Source: Pirellulales bacterium
Lineage (GTDB): Bacteria; Planctomycetota; Planctomycetia; Pirellulales; UBA1268
Assembly: GCA_044370415.1 (NCBI GenBank)
Contig: JBILVO010000002.1
Coordinates: 14,157-78,156 of the forward strand
Length of the DNA stretch: 64,000 nucleotides
Direction of reading: 5' to 3'
Shown: positions 60,473-64,000 of the stretch, one piece after another
How the letters are laid out: every line of letters starts with the position of its first letter
Numbering within the stretch: the stretch's first letter is position 1
Notes under the pieces: generated by a model
The model's database searches: none
What the model was told of the DNA's origin: nothing
The model's input: the letters and a program-made list of their open reading frames with translations, nothing else
Translations under genes and position numbers: made by a program

Positions 60473-61564
60473 ATGCGTGAACGCACGACACTCGGCTCCC
60501 TCTCCCGCCGCGGCTTCGGTGCCGCCGTGGCCTGCGCCGCGGCCGGCGCGGCCGTTCCCGCATTCGCCCGCGTTCGGCGACTCGCCGCCGAGACGATCGT
60601 CGGCGAGGGTGAGCACCGCTTCCGGGTCAGGCACAACTTCCCGCAGCTGCCAGACCGCTTCACGTGGCAGACGACCCACGGCGTGGCGGTCGATGCGGCG
60701 GGCAACCTCTATGTGATCCACGAGGGGCTTGCGGACAAGAAAGACCACCCGGCGATCTTCGTCTTCGACCCAGAAGGCCGGTTCGTCCGGGCCTTCGGCG
60801 GCCAGTTCCAGGGGGGCGGCCACGGCATCGAGGTCCGCATGGAGGGAAGCGACGAGTTCCTCTACGTCTGCGGTTACCAGCAGGTGAAGTCGTTCGCGAA
60901 GCTGACGCTCGACGGCGAGATCGTCTGGTTCCGCAAGGCGCCGATGGAGTCGGGGGCCTACGCCGCCGGTGAGGACCTCTCCACGGCCCGCAACTGGAGC
61001 CGCCAGGGATTCCTGCCGACCAACTTCGCCTTCCTCGACGACGGCGGCTTCTTCCTCGCCGACGGCTACGGCTCGTTCAAAATCCACCGCTACGACAAGG
61101 ATGCGAAGTGGGTGAGCGCGTTCGGGGGTGCCGGTGAGGGGAAGGGAACGTTCAACACGCCGCACGGCCTCTGGATCGATCGCCGCCCGGGCCGCGAGCC
61201 GACGATCGTCGTCACCGACCGCGCCCACAACACGCTGCAGTGCTTCGGCCTCGACGGCACCTACAAGGAGACGATTCCCGGATTCGGTCTGCCCGCCAAC
61301 ATCGACTCGTGGAAGAGCCTGCTCGTCATCCCCGAACTCAAGAGCTCGGTGACGCTTCTCGGCGACAAGAACCAGATCGTCGCCCGGCTGGGCCGGGCCG
61401 TGGAGCGGCTCGACGAGATCAAGGATCTGCGGGCGCAGCCCGACAAGTGGGTGGACGGACAGTTCGTCCACCCGCACGACGCCTGCTTCACACCCGCCGG
61501 CGACATCTACGTGGCCGAGTGGGTGAAGACGGGCCGCGTCAGCAAACTCGAGCGGCTAGGCTAA
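60473..61564 (+). CDS. Tat-signal six-bladed beta-propeller (NHL-repeat/PAL-like) protein
   Basis: ATG at 60473 follows AGGAG, inside ORF 60167..61564. Twin-arginine signal MRERTTLGSLSRRGFGAAVACAAAGAAVPAFA. Repeated NHL-like segments (HGVAVDAAGNLYV, GGHGIEV, LADGYGS, TPHGLWID, VTDRAHN, PHDACFTPAGDIYVAEW). Confidence 0.75.
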   Translation: MRERTTLGSLSRRGFGAAVACAAAGAAVPAFARVRRLAAETIVGEGEHRFRVRHNFPQLPDRFTWQTTHGVAVDAAGNLYVIHEGLADKKDHPAIFVFDPEGRFVRAFGGQFQGGGHGIEVRMEGSDEFLYVCGYQQVKSFAKLTLDGEIVWFRKAPMESGAYAAGEDLSTARNWSRQGFLPTNFAFLDDGGFFLADGYGSFKIHRYDKDAKWVSAFGGAGEGKGTFNTPHGLWIDRRPGREPTIVVTDRAHNTLQCFGLDGTYKETIPGFGLPANIDSWKSLLVIPELKSSVTLLGDKNQIVARLGRAVERLDEIKDLRAQPDKWVDGQFVHPHDACFTPAGDIYVAEWVKTGRVSKLERLG

Positions 61565-61595
61565 AGTCCTGCTTACAACACGAGGAGTCGCGTCC

Positions 61596-64000
61596 ATGTC
61601 TGCGCTGGTCAGACGCCAGGTCCGAACGTGGCTGCAGTGTGCGGCGACGCTCGCCGCCGCGCTGGCCGCTGCGGAGGCGACGGTCGCCGCCGACCCGCGG
61701 CTCGCCGACCTCGCGCTCGAGCCGCCCGTCGTGAACACCGCCCCGGGCCCGGAATATGCCGACGCCGTCCGTCCCGGAAACATGGTGCTCGGCATCGATC
61801 GGACGCCGAAAGGCAGGCTCTGGGCGGCCTGGGTGGGCAATGGCGACAGCCCCAACGGCTTCTTCATGCTGGCGACGAGCGACGATGGCGGCGTGACCTG
61901 GTCGAAGCCACGGGTCGTGATCGACCCGCAGGACGGCGACGTCGCCGGCGTCCGCTACGAGCGGCGGGCGCTCGTCGGCAACCTCTGGACCGATCCGCTC
62001 GGACGGCTCTGGTGCTTCTTCGACCAGAGCCTCGGCTATTTCGACGGCCGCGCCGGCGATTTTTTCATCCGCTGCGACGATCCCGACGCGGCCGAGCCCA
62101 CCTGGACGCCGCCGGTGCGGATCGCCGACGGCTGCACGCTCAACAAGCCGACCGTCCTCGCCGATGGCGACTGGCTGCTGCCGGTCTCGCTCTGGACCAG
62201 AGACCGGATGGGCGGCCCGGGCGTAGATAAGGAGGCCCACAAGGATCTCGACGCGATCCGCATGGCCAACGTGTTCGCCTCGACCGACCAGGGGAAGACA
62301 TGGTCGCGCCGCGGTGGCGTGGCGTTTCCGGGCACCGAATTCGACGAGCACATGATCGTGGAATTGAAGGACGGCCGCCTCTGGATGCTCGCCCGGACGA
62401 AGCAGGGCATCAGCGAGAGCTTTTCGGCCGACAAGGGCCGCAGTTGGAGCGAGCCGGCGGCGTCCGCCATCCAGAACACGAGCGCCCGGTTCTTCATCCG
62501 CCGGCTTGCCTCGGGCAATCTGCTGCTGGTGAAGAACGGTCCGATCGACGTGCGGCTGCCACGGCGGTCGAGCCTCACGGCGTTCCTGAGCACCGACGAC
62601 GGCAGGACCTGGCCGCACGCGCTCCTGATCGACGATCGGGCGCAGGTCTCGTATCCGGACGGCTTCCAGGCCCCCGACGGCACGATCCACGTGCTCTACG
62701 ACTGGAACCGGCACACCGACGCCGAGATCCTGCTCGCGAGGTTTCGCGAGGAGGACGTGCTCGCCGGGAGCGTTGCCGGCGATCCGGCCGTGCCCTGGCA
62801 GCGGCGGCTCGTGCAGCGGGGCCTGCCGCGACGGACTGTGAACAAGGCTTTCGCCCCGCGGACGCCGGCGGCGATCGTGCCCGACCCGCGATGGATCGCG
62901 CAGGCCGCCGAGGACGCGCGTGAGGATTTTTCGAGCATCCCCTATGACGGCGTCTCGCCAAACAAGCTGGTCTGCGACACGACGCTGCGGGAACTCCCCG
63001 ACGGATCGTGGGCCCTCTTCATGCTGGCCGGCGACGATTTCGAGCCGTCCCCCGGCAACTACACCGGCGTGACCCGCAGTCGCGACCGCGGCACGACCTG
63101 GACACCGCTCGAGCCGGTCGCCCTGGGCCTGCCCCGCGATGGCGCCACCCGCGGCCAGGGGCCGACGGAGCTCATGGTCCGCGGCCACACCTGCACGCTC
63201 TTCTTCAGCACGCACTCGCAGACCTGGGGCCGTGACTGGCGGAGCTGGATGATCACCAGCTCCGACAACTGCCGCACCTGGTCGCCGCCGCAGCCGGTGC
63301 CGGGGCGGCTGGGACGGTTCACGTTCATCCGCAACTCGATCGTCACCCGCGACGGCCGGATCCTGCTTCCGTTCCAGCACTACGAGGGCCCGCCGGCGGG
63401 CACGCCGCCGCCGCCAGACGAGGAGAAGCCGTGGCACGGCGAGATCTTTCACTTCGTCAGCAATCCCCGGAATGGTGTGCTTGCCAGCGGCGACGGCGGA
63501 CACACCTGGACAGAGCATGGCGATATCCGGCTCACGCCCGACGACCGCTACCACGGCTGGGCGGAGAACAACGTCGTGGAACTCGCCGGCGGCCGGATCG
63601 CGATGATCATCCGGGCCGACCGGCTCGGGGGCGTGCTCTTCAAGGCGGAGTCGACCGATGGCGGCCGCACCTGGCCACGGTTCGCGTCGGCCACGGAGAT
63701 CCCCAATCCCGGCAGCAAGGCGACGCTCTATCCGCTCGGCGGCGACGCGGTGGCGCTGCTCCACAACCCCAACAGCCGCCACCGCAGCCCGCTGGCGCTC
63801 TGGATCAGCTTCGATGGCATGAAGACCTGGCCCTACCAGCGGGTGCTTCGGGCCGAGAGCTGCGACGGGCCGAAGGGCGCGATGAACTACCCCGACGGCT
63901 TTGTCAGCGCCGACCGCGAGTGGCTGCATTTCGCGTTCGATGACGCTCGCCACCGGGCCGTACACTACTCGGCGAAGCTTCCCCCGCTGCCGCCGTCGGC
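61596..64000 (+). CDS. Secreted tandem BNR/Asp-box (sialidase-like) propeller protein, 3'-partial
   Basis: ATG at 61596 follows GAGGAG. The frame stays open to the window end, so it is absent from the ORF track. Signal-like MSALVRRQVRTWLQCAATLAAALAAAEA. At least 8 Asp-boxes in the same frame: SDDGGVTWS, STDQGKTWS, SADKGRSWS, STDDGRTWP, SRDRGTTWT, SSDNCRTWS, SGDGGHTWT, STDGGRTWP. This suggests two sialidase-fold domains. Confidence 0.8.
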   Translation, partial: MSALVRRQVRTWLQCAATLAAALAAAEATVAADPRLADLALEPPVVNTAPGPEYADAVRPGNMVLGIDRTPKGRLWAAWVGNGDSPNGFFMLATSDDGGVTWSKPRVVIDPQDGDVAGVRYERRALVGNLWTDPLGRLWCFFDQSLGYFDGRAGDFFIRCDDPDAAEPTWTPPVRIADGCTLNKPTVLADGDWLLPVSLWTRDRMGGPGVDKEAHKDLDAIRMANVFASTDQGKTWSRRGGVAFPGTEFDEHMIVELKDGRLWMLARTKQGISESFSADKGRSWSEPAASAIQNTSARFFIRRLASGNLLLVKNGPIDVRLPRRSSLTAFLSTDDGRTWPHALLIDDRAQVSYPDGFQAPDGTIHVLYDWNRHTDAEILLARFREEDVLAGSVAGDPAVPWQRRLVQRGLPRRTVNKAFAPRTPAAIVPDPRWIAQAAEDAREDFSSIPYDGVSPNKLVCDTTLRELPDGSWALFMLAGDDFEPSPGNYTGVTRSRDRGTTWTPLEPVALGLPRDGATRGQGPTELMVRGHTCTLFFSTHSQTWGRDWRSWMITSSDNCRTWSPPQPVPGRLGRFTFIRNSIVTRDGRILLPFQHYEGPPAGTPPPPDEEKPWHGEIFHFVSNPRNGVLASGDGGHTWTEHGDIRLTPDDRYHGWAENNVVELAGGRIAMIIRADRLGGVLFKAESTDGGRTWPRFASATEIPNPGSKATLYPLGGDAVALLHNPNSRHRSPLALWISFDGMKTWPYQRVLRAESCDGPKGAMNYPDGFVSADREWLHFAFDDARHRAVHYSAKLPPLPPS

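Noticed and set aside
61539-63965. 808-aa minus-strand ORF at the right end of the window
   Set aside because: The plus-strand frame starting at 61596 carries at least 8 in-frame Asp-boxes plus a signal peptide and an RBS. The minus-strand product is featureless and Arg/Gly/Pro-rich.

Overview
This is a 64-kb, very GC-rich bacterial chromosomal segment. Gene content and sequence idioms point to Planctomycetota: a PVM-type microcompartment operon, a secreted protein starting ...RRLLLETLERRQLLA, a Ser/Thr-kinase-WD40 fusion, a giant PA14/GH10 surface protein, and many Sec/Tat-signal beta-propellers. I call about 50 tightly packed protein-coding genes on both strands, several with ATGA/GTGA overlaps. 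I recognise no rRNA, tRNA, CRISPR, transposase or integrase. The window falls into seven blocks. (i) 0.2-2.6 kb: cinA and an HtrA-like protease. (ii) 2.6-8.1 kb: a self-contained four-gene module of two WXG100-like helical-hairpin proteins, a 204-aa helical protein and a 1373-aa membrane FtsK/SpoIIIE-type ATPase. This is a candidate minimal type-VII-like secretion module and the most interesting item. (iii) 8.3-22.2 kb: housekeeping genes (HemQ-like, yggS, greA, dnaG-rpoD, response regulator, PAP2, comM). (iv) 22.9-44 kb: secreted and carbohydrate-related genes, including a ~2275-aa PA14/Calx-beta/GH10/Ig-repeat protein, an S46 peptidase-DUF1080 fusion, Fe-ADH, ALDH, an RraA-like protein and uxaB. 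(v) 44-50 kb: an ECF sigma factor and a kinase with 14 WD40 repeats. (vi) 50.2-59.4 kb: a 12-gene bacterial microcompartment operon (DeoR, PduL, 2 BMC-H, AckA, 3 BMC-P, acylating ALDH, class II aldolase, LDH/MDH-like, one unknown cargo-like protein). (vii) 59.7-64 kb: GNAT, an NHL propeller, and a tandem BNR/sialidase-like protein that runs off the window. Several short intergenic tandem repeats share a GAGTTC / TCAGG core. All product calls come from motif recognition by eye; no database search or computation was possible. Start codons were refined by hand from the ORF track, which also uses GTG/TTG starts, and remain uncertain for several genes. Many long ORFs in the track are antisense shadows typical of high-GC DNA.
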